A stretch of 64,000 nucleotides of DNA from Paraspadella gotoi. Lineage: Eukaryota > Animalia > Chaetognatha. The stretch covers positions 8,688,772 through 8,752,771 of the forward strand of contig CM119265.1 in the NCBI GenBank assembly GCA_051294375.1. The letters run 5' to 3'. Below, piece by piece: positions 1 to 13,881 of this stretch (its first letter is position 1; each line of letters opens with the position of its first letter). Below the pieces are notes generated by a model, which saw only the letters and a list, made by a program, of their open reading frames with translations, was not told where the DNA came from and made no database searches. A program made the translations under genes and the position numbers.

Positions 1-3000
1 ACTTTACATTTTTCGGTTTCATGTTAAACTTATCAAATTAGAAAGCAGAATTTTTTCCCCTGCTAGATGAAAAGCATGCAAACCTAGCTAGTGTTACAAA
101 TTAACTGTTAAGGTTTAACTTAAATATTTAAATAGTTTATAACTTTATGGTAAAAAGTGTGGTCGTCACTCGTAGCTATATACGTGCAACTGGCATGCAA
201 AGTTTTTTTGAGGAAAAAGAAAAACATTTTAATTTTACTTTGTCCTGCCCTTTGCTGGAGACAAGACATGAGAGATTACGTCAAACGGTGATTTTACTGC
301 CAAGGTTTTGACATTGCCTATAATTTCTTCACCATTCGAAATTTTATTTAAAACTTACGCCTTACCATATGGACATCAAGCTGGGCACTGTGGGGCAGGC
401 CAAGGCTAGGCAAGGACGAATAAACATGAACATTTCAACGAAATCATTAAGGTTATTCCTGTAACAAGAAACACAAATTCACTGTGACGATTTACGACTT
501 TTTTCGATCGTAGGCATTTATCAACTGTTGCTCGTGTGTTTCTTCTCTGAAATCTACTGAGAGCGTTCCCTTTTGACTAACGTTACAAACTATTGTCATC
601 AAATAAAAGGAACAGCTTTAACGTATAAGAGGGGGCGTTATCCGATGTTTTCAAAATATTAACATCTGCTGACGATGATAACACGGTCCGCCCCTTACTC
701 AAATTTCGTTTCATTATGGTAATATTGTTAGCCTATCATGGTAATTTCAAAAATTGTTTTAATTCGTTCTAAGACAAAACTTTCTCTTTTTTTTCGAAAA
801 AAACATGAATGATGGAATTCGTTTGTCCAAAGCGGAACAACAAATCAAAATAAAATAAAAAGTAACTAATAAAAATAGTCAATGTTCAAAGTTATTCTCT
901 TTCCTCGCGGAACGTTAATCAAGCTTTTTTTTCCCAGACAATATGAACCAGTATTTTACGATCAAGTGCCCGAACCTGTTTGTATGAGAGCTTATGAAAG
1001 AGAAGCAGACTTGAAGCTTGTGGGGTTTTCAGACTCGCTTTGGTAAAAAGTGGGCTTGAGAAACGTCGCCTTCACTGTTGTATCTCGCCATTAGTCGCAA
1101 GAGTTTTTAAAATTGTATCGTAAATTTGCGGAATTACGGTTTTTCGAGCCAGCTTACCAGATAAAGGGGGAAATCAAAATGAAGGGATTCGTTCGTTTTT
1201 ATCTGATTTTTTTTTAGAAGTAGAACATAAATATATTTTGCTGAAGTCTTTTTTTTTCCCCAGTTTTTATGTTATTTGAAATGAGCCTACTGTTTCTTTT
1301 GATTATTGTGACTTAAACTAACTAGAACCAAAAAGCGAAGATGATGGACGGGTTGGACGACGGCCCGACCTACTGGCGGAGTCGACGCCGCCGGGCAAGC
1401 AACAAAACCTCGTGGGGAACGTTGATCTTCAACGTCGACAACTCGCTGTCGTCGATATTTCGACGCGCTCTCCGAGAGGGACAAAGTGAAATTCACGGGC
1501 CACACAAAAGTAAGTCGCTAAGTGCGGAAACAATGACGGCCTAATCCTAATAAAGAAAACAACCGATTCTTGGCTAGCTTCTTACTCTTTCTTCTCCTTT
1601 GCCCGCACCAACGACGCTGTCGGTGTTTCACAGCGCGAGTTTTCCGTCGTCCGTCAACACGAGGAGTTCATTTGGCTCCACGACTTGCTTCGTGGAGACG
1701 GAGGAGTTTTCCGCCTTCCTCATTTCCTCCGGCGCCGGCCCGTCCAGACTTTCGACGCACCTTCCAGAGAGAAACTGCAGAAACTCGGGAAGCGAGAACA
1801 CCATGACCAAGGAGGAGTTCAACAAAATGAAGGCCGAACTCGAGGCGTTGAGGTCTTTCATGAAATTGTACAACCAATATAAATTATCCATTCATTTTAA
1901 TAAATAAGCTATCTTGCCCCTGACTTTGGACAGGGCTTTGGTGGTTTAGCCTCCATCACTCTTACAAGTAATGACCATAGCAGGTCCCTGCAAGCTTTTC
2001 AATCAAAGACTCTCTCACAGCCTGTTTATTCACTCCCAGAGTACTGGGCTTCCCATCAATTGAAAGTGGTATAAATATTTCAAAGAATGTTTCAATTGTC
2101 ACTTGTATTGTATTATTTTTTTTTTAAACTTCTTTATTCGGGGCTGGAGAATCCGTTCTCCGTTTGTGAGAAGCAGTTGCCAGCCGGTCGTAGGACTTTC
2201 GAATAAATTGACGACTGTAGATTGTGCTTACTTCTGAATAACCGTTTTTGTCCATGCTCAAAATTTAATAAATTCTTTCTATGAGAGAAAAAGTTTCTAA
2301 AAGTAAATGTGATCTAGTTTCTAGTGTGGCGATCCTAAATCTCAGCTCGTCCCATTAGCTTGGACATTCTGGGTTAATCTCTTACCAACCGTGAGTTCCG
2401 GGTTTCTAAATTTTACTCTCGCCGACTGCGGTTTTGGCGGCTTTGAAAAACTATTTAAAAATATTTATCTTAAAAAATTTTTGTTTTAAATATTACCTAA
2501 TTACCCTATACCCTAAACCCTTTTAACCAAAATACGCCTAACTTTAAAAACCACCCCTTAAAGCACCCTTAACCCTAATCCCTCCCCTAACCCGTTCGTC
2601 GAAGTAAGGTGTGATGCGCCGGCATAAGACGCTAGTGACATGGGGTGGTCACTGGTCACAGAGGTCCAAAGCCATGAGCGCCATCTGTCGGGAGATGCCT
2701 CACACCCCGGGCATCAGATGATCGCATGCTCACAGTAGCATTTCTTCGAATGCTTTTTTAGGGTCTTTTTTTTTTTTTAGAGGACCAGAATAAGAATATT
2801 TATTTAATGGATGTAGAAAAATTTTTTTAATGTAAAAAAATTCAAAAACCCCGTCCTTTTCATTTTTCATTTCACGTTAAGGGAATATCTTGCCCACATT
2901 CAAGGAAAACTGTGGCGAGCACGAAGTATTTTTGCAACGGATCGGCCAGCCATCCTGTGATTGCGCACAAGACCACAATTTCAGAGTTTTTCTCGTGTGA

Positions 3001-6000
3001 GTAAACAATTGTATGTTAAACTGCTTTTGTTTATATACTCTGGAGTATTGTTTAGTTTTGTAACCACGTTTTTTTAAAGATTTGATAAAAACTATTAATC
3101 ATCAGTTCCCTAGGAAATACAACGGAAGACTTGAACGCTGAGGGGAAGAACAAAAAAAGAACTGGTTGGCGGTTTCTTCAGCAAAAGTCACCGAAGTCCG
3201 CGGACGAGCTATTGCTATCCGGACAGAGGACATCGACGAACAAGTTCGAACAAGAAAAAGCCTATTCCTGTTGATTATCACAGGGAAAATTGGAACTTCG
3301 GACCGAAAATGCCGATAAGATGACTAAGAACACAAAAGTCAGTGTCTAATAATGGACATTCTAAATACCTTTGTATATATGCTTTTTTACTGTCGACCCC
3401 CTCGACTTGGCCAATTCTACATTCAACATAAGCTCGACGCTAATCAGCCTTCGTCAATCGAGAATCCCTGCTTGGAGAAGAAATTCATCGTCAAGTCTCG
3501 GACGTATTGGAAAGAGGGCGTAAACTGGAAGGCCGGGTGGCCTCGGACGAAGACCTCAAGCTTTTCCGACACGTAAGTTCGTTACAATGTACCCGCAGTT
3601 CTCTAGTCTCAGATTATGTTATCAAAGTGAATTTATGTTTATCCATTCTTCATTTGCCTGTCGTTATTTATTTTACAACAAATTAAGAGTTAGAAATTAT
3701 TTTGCATTGATGAGAAAGCCCCAAAACGAGGGTCTTGAGATTAAAATAATATAAAATACATATTCTTATTTCGGCCGTCTAGCCTTCGTTACTACTTGAG
3801 GGGACTCAGCTGCTGCGAAGACTTGTTGACCGTCGGGCGAGTCGCTCGCCAACTACGAAAACGCCAACAAAGAACCTGGATCGTGCACGAGCAAAAAACC
3901 AAAGACGTTTTCAAGCCGCGCGAGAACACCCAGCAGGTCAGTCACGCTCTTTTGCGGGACGCTAATTGCTTTCGCCAAATCGTGTTTTGCGAGTGATTCC
4001 TAAAGTATTTTAAACTAATGCTATTAATTACATTTATGCTTTTGATTTCTTGCCCTATTTAATTGCTCACAGATAAATGTCGAAAAAGTTTGGACAACAT
4101 AGCGAGTTGGGAAGGGGAGGAATTTGGCCGAGTTTCGTAGCGAGAAGAGTGCAAAATGTTTCGCAAGAATTTGACTGGATCTCGCCGATTGGAGATCAAG
4201 CACGCCAAGGCCGAAAGCGGCCCTGTTTCAAGAAGCATCAACTCTCTTAAAAGCATTAGGTTGAAACTATTTTTTAAAAAATATGGGGACGTGATTCTGA
4301 TTTCGTTTTTTTTTTTATTTCGAACGAGATCACAAGTTTATTAACATTTTCGGCTATGGTGGTTTAGTGCAGTTTTTATGAAGGCTTTTATTTACTATTT
4401 CTAGTCTTATTTAGGTAGTTATTCGAATTTCGCTATCAATGATAAAATCTTTCGCCAATTTTTTTTTCACATTCATAAGCACTTGATTTGTAAATTAAAT
4501 GCGATTGAATCAATTATTAAATTATTTTAACATGGCGGTTTTTATTGGCTCGTACCAATGGTTTCAAAACGGATGTTTGAAAGAAAAAAAAATAAATGGA
4601 AACCGACGAGGAAACGTATTGCTTTCGACGACGACATTTAAGATTTGTAGTTTTTTTAACAAACAATTAATTAATTAGCTCGCTAGTTTTTATTTTTTAG
4701 CATTCGGCTTCATAGCTAAACAGCGGACTTTAATCGGTTTGAAGGCAAAATCTGCCACTCCTAGACATTGACTCTTCATAGGAATAAAAAATGAATATTA
4801 GCTTTATCAAAACAAAAGCGAATTTTCTTAAACTTGAATCAAGTTTGGGAAAATCCTGTTCTCTTCCTGAAGCCCAACACTTGAATTTAAAAACCTAAGG
4901 AAGTTGAATCGCACAACTTTATTTCGATAATACAGCTTGGCCAAAAAACAACCGTTGTGCGAAGAACATTTTTTTTAAAAATTTCTTTAAGTAAAAAGCT
5001 GTATCAGTTTCGTGACCGGTCGGCGGAATAGAATGAAAGTTGTGAGAGATTTATATTGGAATGCTGGGTTTTTGAGCGCGCCTCAAATATTCTCTTATAA
5101 GCGAAGCTTTTTTCACTTTCAAGTTGCGTGATCCGTCTGACTTTGATTCCAGATCTTTGAAAAGGTCGTCGTTTTGTTTCTTTAGCCTATGGACAACGAC
5201 ACCAGGAATACTAAAAAAAAACAAATTCCCAAGTTTAGTTTCTTGATGCTGTATTGACGGTGTTCTAACTGTTTTCCCAAGTTACCTTGATTTTCAAATT
5301 TTTCTGATGGTCTTGCCGAACTCACCGCAAGGCTTCATTGAGTCTAAAAAATGCCTGTACAATAAAATTAAAAAGAAAAAACGATACAAAAGGAATTCTT
5401 TGCCTTTTTCTATCCTCCATGTGCATGTTAGTCACGTTAAAAGCGTTAAAACATTTTTATGCTCTCGTGGAAGACAATTAAAAAATTGTAGTCACATTAT
5501 AAATAAAATAGGTTTTCACGTAATTCGTTTGAAGGGTTTTGTTTTAAATTTGTGAAGAATTAGTTTTTCTGTATTGTACCCGATTGTTTTGGTGTGCTCA
5601 TGATTATACTAGGAGCATTGACCATGAGCTGCCATGAAAAAGATAGTTTCGTGAGATAACAGATTATTAACCCTTTTGAAAGTTGCTGATCATTTCATTC
5701 GTAATTCTTCCTTATCTTTACAATGATAAGACCTTCCAAGTTGCTGATTGACTTCCGCAATTCTTGCCATTTGAAACTATGAGTTGTTCTTGGTTGGCCT
5801 TCAAACTGTTATTCCTGCAAATATTTTAATTTTATTCGTATAATGCAATTAAACGAGTTAAATATAGAAACGTTTGAACCATAAAACTAAGCCATTTTAT
5901 TCCCCTGCAACGTTTAAAATGCGGTACATTTTTTTCATTAGTGTAACGAGGTTTAAAGCGTCTCTTTTAAAAAATACTATAAAAATTTAGTTTTTAACCT

Positions 6001-6826
6001 CGTGGAAAAAAAAGTTTTTAAAACAACTGTAATAATATACTGAAAGTATTTGTCAAAAAACGGTTGAACTCATTATATTATATTTATTTACTGCTGTTGA
6101 TTAAAATATTAAGCGCTTCACATTCGTCAAGAGTTATGTTGTTCATAAATTATAATTTTTGAATATTTCTGTTACAACAGTAAATGTAAAAATCAAATTT
6201 TGTTCTTTTAAATTCTTAAAATTAGTCAATTTGTGTTTTTTTCAAATTTCTTTTAGATTGGCTTCCCCTATCCAAAGTTTGAGTTTTCTATCATTTTCCT
6301 AAGCCAGAACGTTTATTATTAGAGAGAATATTGTAATGATTTTAATGATGTGATCCAAGAATGGGCCAGACATGTATTTTCGTGAAGTTTATCGGTGATG
6401 TTTCTTGCTTAAAATGTATTAAGTTTAATAAAGTGATATATTTTAAACCAGTATTAAATTTACGGTGTTGGTGAGATTGATAATGCATGATTTTCTGAAC
6501 GTCATGGGGCTTTTTTCTCTTTAATATTGCTTCTCCAAACATTTTGCTTGATCCACCGCCAAGACCTTCGTTTAATATAGTTCCGCCATTCCATCCAGGG
6601 ATTACAGCTCGTGATACTGTATTGTATCGTTGAAAAACTTCTTCTTGAAATGGTTGCTGGTTTGCGTTAACTATTATGTTTTTGATTTTGACATTTATTT
6701 CAATTGCCTTACTTCCTAGAAATCAAGGCTCCGTTTTCAATATGCGGTTAGGACGAGGAAATTCTGTAAGATAATTTTTCTTAAATTTGGGGGGTTTCAT
6801 CAAAATTGTCAGAAATCTATGCTCGT
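1..6826 (+). repeat. Copy A: noisy direct duplicate of 17206-24061 (SNX5/6 gene plus 3' ends of the SAPCD2-like and orphan genes)
   Basis: Starts ACTTTACATTTTTCGGTTTCATG, identical to 17206. It stays colinear up to ...AAAATTGTCAGAAATCTATGCTCG (matches about 24061), with scattered 1-2 nt indels spread equally over exons and introns. Confidence 0.95.
1341..4265 (+). pseudogene. Frameshifted copy of sorting nexin 5/6 in copy A (probably sequencing-error copy rather than a true pseudogene)
   Basis: Peptide fragments [27 protein letters not shown] and MFRKNLT..EIKHAKA match the intact gene at 18561-21538 but are broken by many indels. Confidence 0.75.
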
Positions 6827-6890
6827 TTATGCATCCTCCTCTCTTTTTCGACCCCTCAGACTCAACCTCCCCGCTTCCCTATTTTCAGAA

Positions 6891-6946
6891 CTATTGCCGG
6901 CATTGCCCATTGACGGCATTGCCTATTGCCGGCATTGCCCATTGAC
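6891..6946 (+). repeat. Short 16-bp minisatellite, about 3.5 units
   Basis: CTATTGCCGGCATTGC / CCATTGACGGCATTGC / CTATTGCCGGCATTGC / CCATTGAC. Confidence 0.8.
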
Positions 6947-7911
6947 TTCTGATAAAAAAAATATTTTTTCCCGCTCTGAAGCCCAAATTGTTGAGCACGA
7001 CGATTCTTAACTGTTCGTTCTCACTGTCGCTTCTACAATCGTTCCACTCTACCATCAGAAGCGTCTTCGTCGTACAGGGTCATCAGCTTCAAAGAGTAAA
7101 TGGGAGTCCCCATGGGGTCGGGGAAGGGGATCGATGGGGGAAGAGTCTATGCATGGGCAAAAAATGAGGTGGAGAGCTCCTCGCGGCTTCCCCCCCCAAC
7201 GACACGAGTCCGTCGAACGGGCGGTCCGCCGAGTAGATTTTCGAGCAACCCAAATCGGGCTTCCCTGGTGGACGGGATCGAGGCTGATCAAAAAATTAAA
7301 ACCGGCGAATAAATGAACCGGTCGCATCGACTGGATCGATAATGAGGCTAAAATGGAGACGATTGGCGATGCGTCTCATTAATGGTCGATGAAAAGAGTG
7401 AGAGCGAGACCGGTTAACGTCGCGATGCAAGCGAAAAGGTTGAATTTTTTTCTCGTCCAAAGAAAAATTCAAAGGAATATCTTCACAACACAAAAGATCT
7501 TATTAATCGATACAAATAGAAAAAAAAAGAGAACTTATTGTATTAAGCATACGCACGCAATATTATTATAAATAAATATTACGGAATAAATAGTAGACGT
7601 TGAAAATTTTTTTTAAAAAAATTTTCATTCGAACATCTCTCGACTCCCTCTTCTTTTTCCCCGTGATTGGCTTGTCAGTTAGCACAAGGATTGTGAAAAT
7701 AATATTAAAACTTTTTCAGACGTATAGACATTCAGAGATATTGACATTCAGACGTAAAGACAGCGCTTTAGATCGAAGCCGAAAAAAATCAGCGCCCCTT
7801 TATCTCGGCTCCCTTCTGCGAGACTAAGGCAATCAGGATTCCAGCTCCGTCTCTTTTTCTTCTTTGTAGTTTTGATATTCATTTTGATTCCTTTTCGGTT
7901 TTCCCGACTAT

Positions 7912-7914
<3 letters not shown>

Positions 7915-7986
<72 letters not shown>
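7915..7986. repeat. (CT)n microsatellite
   Basis: Pure CT dinucleotide run of about 72 bp. Confidence 0.98.
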
Positions 7987-7988
<2 letters not shown>

Positions 7989-10432
7989 TTCGGTCGAACC
8001 TGTTGCCTTCGCCGTCGGAATCGTCGCACCGAAAGTGTCGAAACCGCCCTCGCGCGATCCCTTCGAGCGAGACGAAAGGACAAAAGGAATCAATTAAATT
8101 CCCTCTCAGTCGGGACAATGTCCCAAACTCTGGACCAAAGGGTCCCCCACATTTTCTCGACTGACATAGGGAACTTTGTCCTTTTAGTATTTTTTGTTTT
8201 GTTAATGTTTTGAGTCTAGACGGCGCGATCTCGTTTGTTTTATTGATGCCAACTCGCGCCGCTTTGACGAAAAAAGGCATGATCAAATAAAGATCAGATG
8301 AAAATATTTTTTGTAAAATTGTATGTCTCTTTTTATGTTTAGTCATTATTTTTTGTACGTATTTCTTTCTTTCTCTGGTCTTTCTTTCTTTAGTTTTTCT
8401 TCAAAATTCTTTCTCCTTTCATTTGTTTCCAACTTTCACCTCAGATTTTTCAAATCCATTCCACCTCCGTAAACCCTCTCCATTTTTCGTTCGGCGTCCA
8501 TTTCCAGATAGCCAGGCCGCCTAATAGTGAATAGCATTGTCTGTAAGAACGTCTGTAAAAACGTTGTCTGTAAGAACGCTCATAAATTTATCGACGAAGT
8601 TTTAAGGCGAAAGGCAATTGAGAATATTCATATTTCATTCAGAACTGGTTTTTAAAATTTTATTTTATTTTAAATTGCTACTTTTACTACCGTCTTAAAA
8701 CCTGCCCTCTCTGAAGGAAAAAGATATGTTCTGTCGCCTTCGTCTCGTTAGTCGCAGCAGCATGATTCGAATCTCCAACTCATATCTATGTACGTCGATC
8801 GGACAATCAAGTGTCGACTAATGACCGAATAAAGAGGGCCAAGTACAGACCCTCGATATCTTAAGTCAAACATCTCCGATCTCCGACCCCCTCTCCACTC
8901 CCTTACCCCGTTCCCGAACCAGTCTTTGGCCAAGTAGCGTCCAAGAGGTCATTGAGCGAAACATCCGAAGCAGAAGACAAATACTTTCGACGTATGGGGC
9001 CTCTAGAGATTTATAACAGTGGATTTGAAAATAATTGAGCCATAATTATAATAGTAAAGGCTGATAAATATTTGGAAACCTGTCTGGGGACAGAATTTTA
9101 ACAATCTTTCGAATTCGAGGAACAAAATCGAATTAGGTACTAAATCATACGTAATGCGTAACGGCTGTATGAGTATTTGTTGTTCAAATAGAGTCTTGTA
9201 TTGTTATTTTAATTTAAATCCGTAACAACCTAAATTAAGAAACAACAGGAACTTGGATCGCAGAAAAAAAAACTTTTACTTACATTTTATTTGATTTTTT
9301 ATTTATTTATTTGTTTTTACTTTAAATATCAGTATTCGGCAAGTTTTGTTAAGCTTCCTTAATCAACCTTAACATTCTTTTTCCCGAGAAATGAAGATCG
9401 ATCAACCGGATCTTCTCCCAGTCCCTTGCAATCCAACCGCACCACGATGCATTTTGCGATGTGTGAGGCCCCCAAATATGTGAACTATCTCCTTCATTTT
9501 TAAGATCGGTCTTCGCCCGTCATCTCCGGATGCTGGGATGAACATGGACCTCCCCGCGTGTCTTGGGGGTCTGTCTCATGAGAGTTTCAACTGGGGTTGA
9601 TCAACCATGTAAAAATCTATTTTTTTTAAAGAATTATTTAAATATGGCGAAGTGGTACAACGATACATTCACTATTTAGAAAGATCAAAGGCTTAAAGTT
9701 ATATGTAACTACAAAAAAAGTGGGGTTGAGGTGACGGTCAATAAAGGGCGAGCGGTCACATTTCAATGGGTGGTCCGTCTAGATATTTTCACGAGCCTAC
9801 TCACTCGGCCTCCTAATAACACGACGTCGAGTCGTCAGACGGAGAAATGAAAAAAGTCATTAAGAGTCAGAAAATTGCCGCTCGATCATTTCCGAGAACA
9901 AAATTGCCTTCCGAGAGGAAGGGAGCTGGGGGTTCTTAATTTCGAGAGGTTCCTTTGCTTACGTTGACCCGATGGCCGCCAGCTTCGCCTTCCGTCAAGT
10001 CATCCTAATTCATTCCCAACGCCCCCCCCCCAGACAGCCCTCAAAAACGGTCTGGCCTCTTACCGTGGTCATTCGCTCCACTTTAAAACTCGTTCGAGCC
10101 TTGTTTCGAATCGCAGAAGAAAGGGCTCCGTTATCTTTGTTCGTTATCCAAGAGTTTTTCTCGTTTCGGCGCTTCCTGTGAACCCCCTTCTTTGTCCACA
10201 GGACTATCTCCATCTTTCACAAAGGAAATCTGACCGCCGACGCTCCTATTAGAGTTTATAAGGGTTCTTCAGCGAAAAAGACGAGACTCAAATAATTAGG
10301 CGTCCAACATTCTTGAAATCGTCATTACAATTTACAGATGATAAAATGTTGTTGTTGTTGTTGTTGGCGATATTACCTTGTCCGCGATCGACAAAAAAAA
10401 AACAACTTAAAATTGATGATTCCTATTTTTAG

Positions 10433-12156
10433 GCGATGGTCGAGCAAAGACTGGGCGACAAAACACGCTGTCAAATCTGATGAGAATACGAACGGACAAG
10501 GCAACGCCTCGTCTCCTGGAGAAGCGTCAAATTACAGCGGAAGAAGAAACTCGATGGAACTCATGGAGGTAACAATTTGAAATTAGTTAATAACAAAATC
10601 AAAATTTATTTACCAACAATCAACCAATCAACTAAAACGAGATATGTATGTTGAAAATAAACGAATCGCATCTTATTAAAATACATACAAATCTCCGCAG
10701 CAGCAGCGGCGACGCGACGGAGAGAGTGCCAGTCGGGATGGAGGCGTCCGCTCGCCGAAACGAAAACCGCGGCGCCAGCGGAAGGACGACGACGATCGAA
10801 TGACCTGCACGAGCGGGATCGCCCCTCGCGCCAAGATCAAGACTATCAAAATGACCCTAGTCTTCGTCACTAGTAATAAAATTAGGAGATCGATAACCTT
10901 GAACCGTTTGAAATCAAAAAATTGATTCATTTATAGCGTTCGTCCTTTGCTACTGCCCGTATTTCGTTTTCGACCTACTTCATGTCTTCGGAGTGATTCA
11001 CCCAGGAAACAGAATCACGGGCTTCATGCAATGTTTGGCGACGCTCAATTCAGCCATAAACCCCATTATTTACTCCATTTTTAATCCCAAAGTCTTGGAC
11101 ATGTTCAAGTGAGTTTCGACCGAAATTAGTAATTTCACATAAACAAAATGCTTCACATTTAAAAGTACAATTTTTTCTTCTGCTGAAGGAATACGCGATT
11201 TTGTCCGCCCATATGCAGAGTTTTTCGATTCTTCTGTAAACTTTGCAACCGCGATTGTGGACAGGTAATGCACATGTAATTTGCATATTGAATATAATAT
11301 TCTAACATTTCAAAATGGGTTAATTTTATTTTCGCCGACCGGGGAACCTCTTAACCCCACCCTTAAACTACCCTAACCTTTAACCTTTGTTGGTAAAAAT
11401 AAAATTAATTTTAATTATAATTAATAATTAAATATTAATTTTTTGATTACTTTTACTTTCGCCAACAGGGGTTAAGGGTTAAAGTTAATAATGGCTTAGT
11501 GGTAGTTTAAAATTAAAGGTTAAAAAGGTTTAAAATTAAATTAATTAAATAATAATTTGTATTAATTTTTTTAAAAAATAAATATTTTTAAATTATTTTT
11601 CAAAATACGCCAAAACCACGGTCGGCGAAAGTAAAATTTTGCCTACAAAATTATATCACTAATTCTGTAGGACCAAAGGGCGGCCGCTAAACGTTCCCAT
11701 TCCACTTACGGCGGCGTTTGCACGGAAACCATTGTATTGGGCGAATCTATTCGGCGGACCACCCCCCAGAAGACTATATGTAACACCACCATACCATCCC
11801 CAGCGAAGAAGGAATTGGTAAGAATAAGAATAATAAGAATTAGAATAAGAGGCATTTCAGATGAACGGATGTTTGATTGTTCGGCAGTCATAATAAGAAG
11901 CTTCAATAATTAAATTTCCCATTTTCCACAGCAAGCACTGGTGGTTACGTATTCGGGCTCGATCGGAGGCAGCGGAAGCGAGAACCAATCCTCGCCACCC
12001 GACGTTGGAGATTCGACAGAACGCAACCCTCAACTGAACGAAAATACGCAGCTCGCTTTAACCGCTCACGCGTTTCAAGAGGAAGCGACCAAAGTTTACA
12101 AATCCAATCATTACCTTTTGTCTGTTCCATCTTCTAGTCCCGGACAGGGTGTTTGA
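10433..12156 (+). CDS. Class A neuropeptide GPCR, CCAP receptor / neuropeptide S receptor / vasopressin-related group; 3' half only (ICL3, TM6, TM7, C-tail)
   Basis: Phase-consistent exons 10433-10568, 10701-10872, 10937-11108, 11189-11264, 11671-11817 and 11932-12156 (stop). The translation includes [39 protein letters not shown]...LATLNSAINPIIYSIFN. The RAKIKTxKMT, FDLL and NPxxY motifs match CCAPR/NPSR-type receptors. TM1-5 were not found in the window. Confidence 0.85.
11317..11643. mobile_element. MITE-like element in a GPCR intron
   Basis: Terminal inverted repeats GGGTTAATTTTATTTTCGCCGACCG ... CGGTCGGCGAAAGTAAAATTTTGCC. Flanks are TTCAAAAT / TACAAAAT (7/8 match, putative TSD). An extra internal partial TIR lies at about 11451-11473, with internal CCCTAA/CCTTAA-like repeats. 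Confidence 0.8.
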
Positions 12157-12765
12157 ACTTTAGTTACCCAAGCCACCCTTGGACGCTTATTACCTTTCAG
12201 TATTGTTTTTCGAAATGCCACATCCGACGCGGTTTTCTCAGCGGGTTCGAGTTGCAAACAAGTTGCATAGCAATTGTCAAGAGGCGAAAACGTTCTAAAT
12301 GAAAGATCTCGTTTGCTATCTCCATTGTGCTAATCTGTATTAAATGGACCAAAGGAAAAAAATCGACTGTTGTGTGTATCGTATAAGTATTTTTTTCCGT
12401 GTCCGACGTGAATTTGTGTGAATTATGAAATAAACTCGATAGTTTCGTCTAGCTGATGTAATAAAACTATCTGAGAAACTGAACCATAATCATGATGATG
12501 ATAGGTCCTAGTATTAAATAAAAAAATTGGATCGATAAAAATATATTTCACTACCAATTCCCGGCCGAGAAATCGCGAAAATGAGATCAGGTTTAGCTAT
12601 ATAGAAAAAAATAAAAATTGTGACTAGAAAATTACTCCTTGACTTGGCAATAGGCGACTAAGGCGTTTCAGGTTCGCGGCTACATTCCAACGTAATTGAC
12701 GCGTAAACTTTTGAACTTTTCGCCTGCAAAATCGAGTCTTTTCCGACCAACAATCACCGACTCCG

Positions 12766-13130
12766 TTAAAAAGCGTTGTTGACTGCCCTCAGAGCCTTAA
12801 GGCACAGTGGGTCGAGCAGTCCGTCTCCGCCGAAGTCGAGTTCTCGAATGTCGCATCGGAAGACGATCTCGCCGCTGACTTTGATCCACACAGAGTTCCA
12901 GTCCTTAACGGGCACTAGGGCTAGGATGGTATGCCCATTGCTCCGAAGAACCTCCTTAAGATAAAAAGACTGGTTGGTATATTATTCATCACCTTCAAGA
13001 TCAAATTTAACCAAGTTGTTTATTTTCGTTGTATAACCTGCATTCCTTGCAAACGAAAGGTTCTCAGTGAGACGTGGCCATTGGCCCGATATGGCCCGTA
13101 ATAAATCAAAACCTCCGCATTTCGGGGCAT
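12766..13130 (-). CDS. C10orf53: UPF0728 protein, C10orf53 homologue (93 aa, 2 exons)
   Basis: Exons 13130-13038 and 12954-12766 give MPRNAEVLIYYGPYRANGHVSLRTFRLQGMQ/EVLRSNGHTILALVPVKDWNSVWIKVSGEIVFRCDIRELDFGGDGLLDPLCLKALRAVNNAF*. The YGPY, FRLQG, DWN and FGGDG.LDPLC motifs are characteristic of the family. It is not in the supplied ORF track. Confidence 0.92.
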
Positions 13131-13556
13131 GGCACAATCGTTGGCTACATTAACGTCATTGTTTGAAAAAAATTCTATGGCTTTCCTGATTCAATCCTGG
13201 AATAAAATTTTTATCAGAGAAAACGATTTTTTTTGTTTTTAACCCTTTTGCACAGGGTTACATCATATATAAAGCTGTCCAGTTTATGGCCAATATATAA
13301 AAAAATCCTAAATTTATGTAAATTGAATAAACCATATAAAAATAATGAGCCTGATCTTGGAACAAAGTGTCGAACAATACGCTGACTTAGCTTTGCACAC
13401 TAGCAATTTGACTAGATTTTTTACTACACGAGAGCTCTGGGGGAAAAGTAAAAAAATTCCATGAGCAGTATAACAATAAATGCCACCAATCGTTTTACAT
13501 AAAAAGGGAATGATAAATATCAAACGTTACACCACAGAAGAAAACATAAAAAAAGC

Positions 13557-13733
13557 GGGAAAATTTTACTTTCGCCGACCGGGGTTATGGCGTCTTTTGA
13601 AAAACCATTTAATAATTTTTATTTTTTTTAAAAATAAATATTTGTATCTAATTACCTTAAACCTAAACAATTTTAATCCTAATCACCCTTAACCCTAACG
13701 CTTAACCCCGGTCGGCGAAAGTAAAATTAACCC
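13557..13733. mobile_element. MITE-like element, same family, complete copy of about 177 bp
   Basis: GGGAAAATTTTACTTTCGCCGACCGGGGTT ... AACCCCGGTCGGCGAAAGTAAAATTAACCC, flanked on both sides by AAAAAGC (TSD). Confidence 0.88.
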
Positions 13734-13881
13734 AAAAAGCAAGCTATCTGGTTGACTTGAGCTATTCCCGCCGCACCCTGTTTGACGACCAATTAACCCC
13801 CCAGATTAACTATCCCTACGGTCGATGATTATTAAGGTAAGGAAATGTTTTTTTTTAGTTTTGTACTACATTTCTTGTTCA

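Noticed and set aside
7748-8346. ORFs with (RE)n or (LS)n runs, and similar ORFs at 39183, 40122-43670 and 41924
   Set aside because: These are translations of CT/GA microsatellites and A-rich minisatellites with no coding signal.
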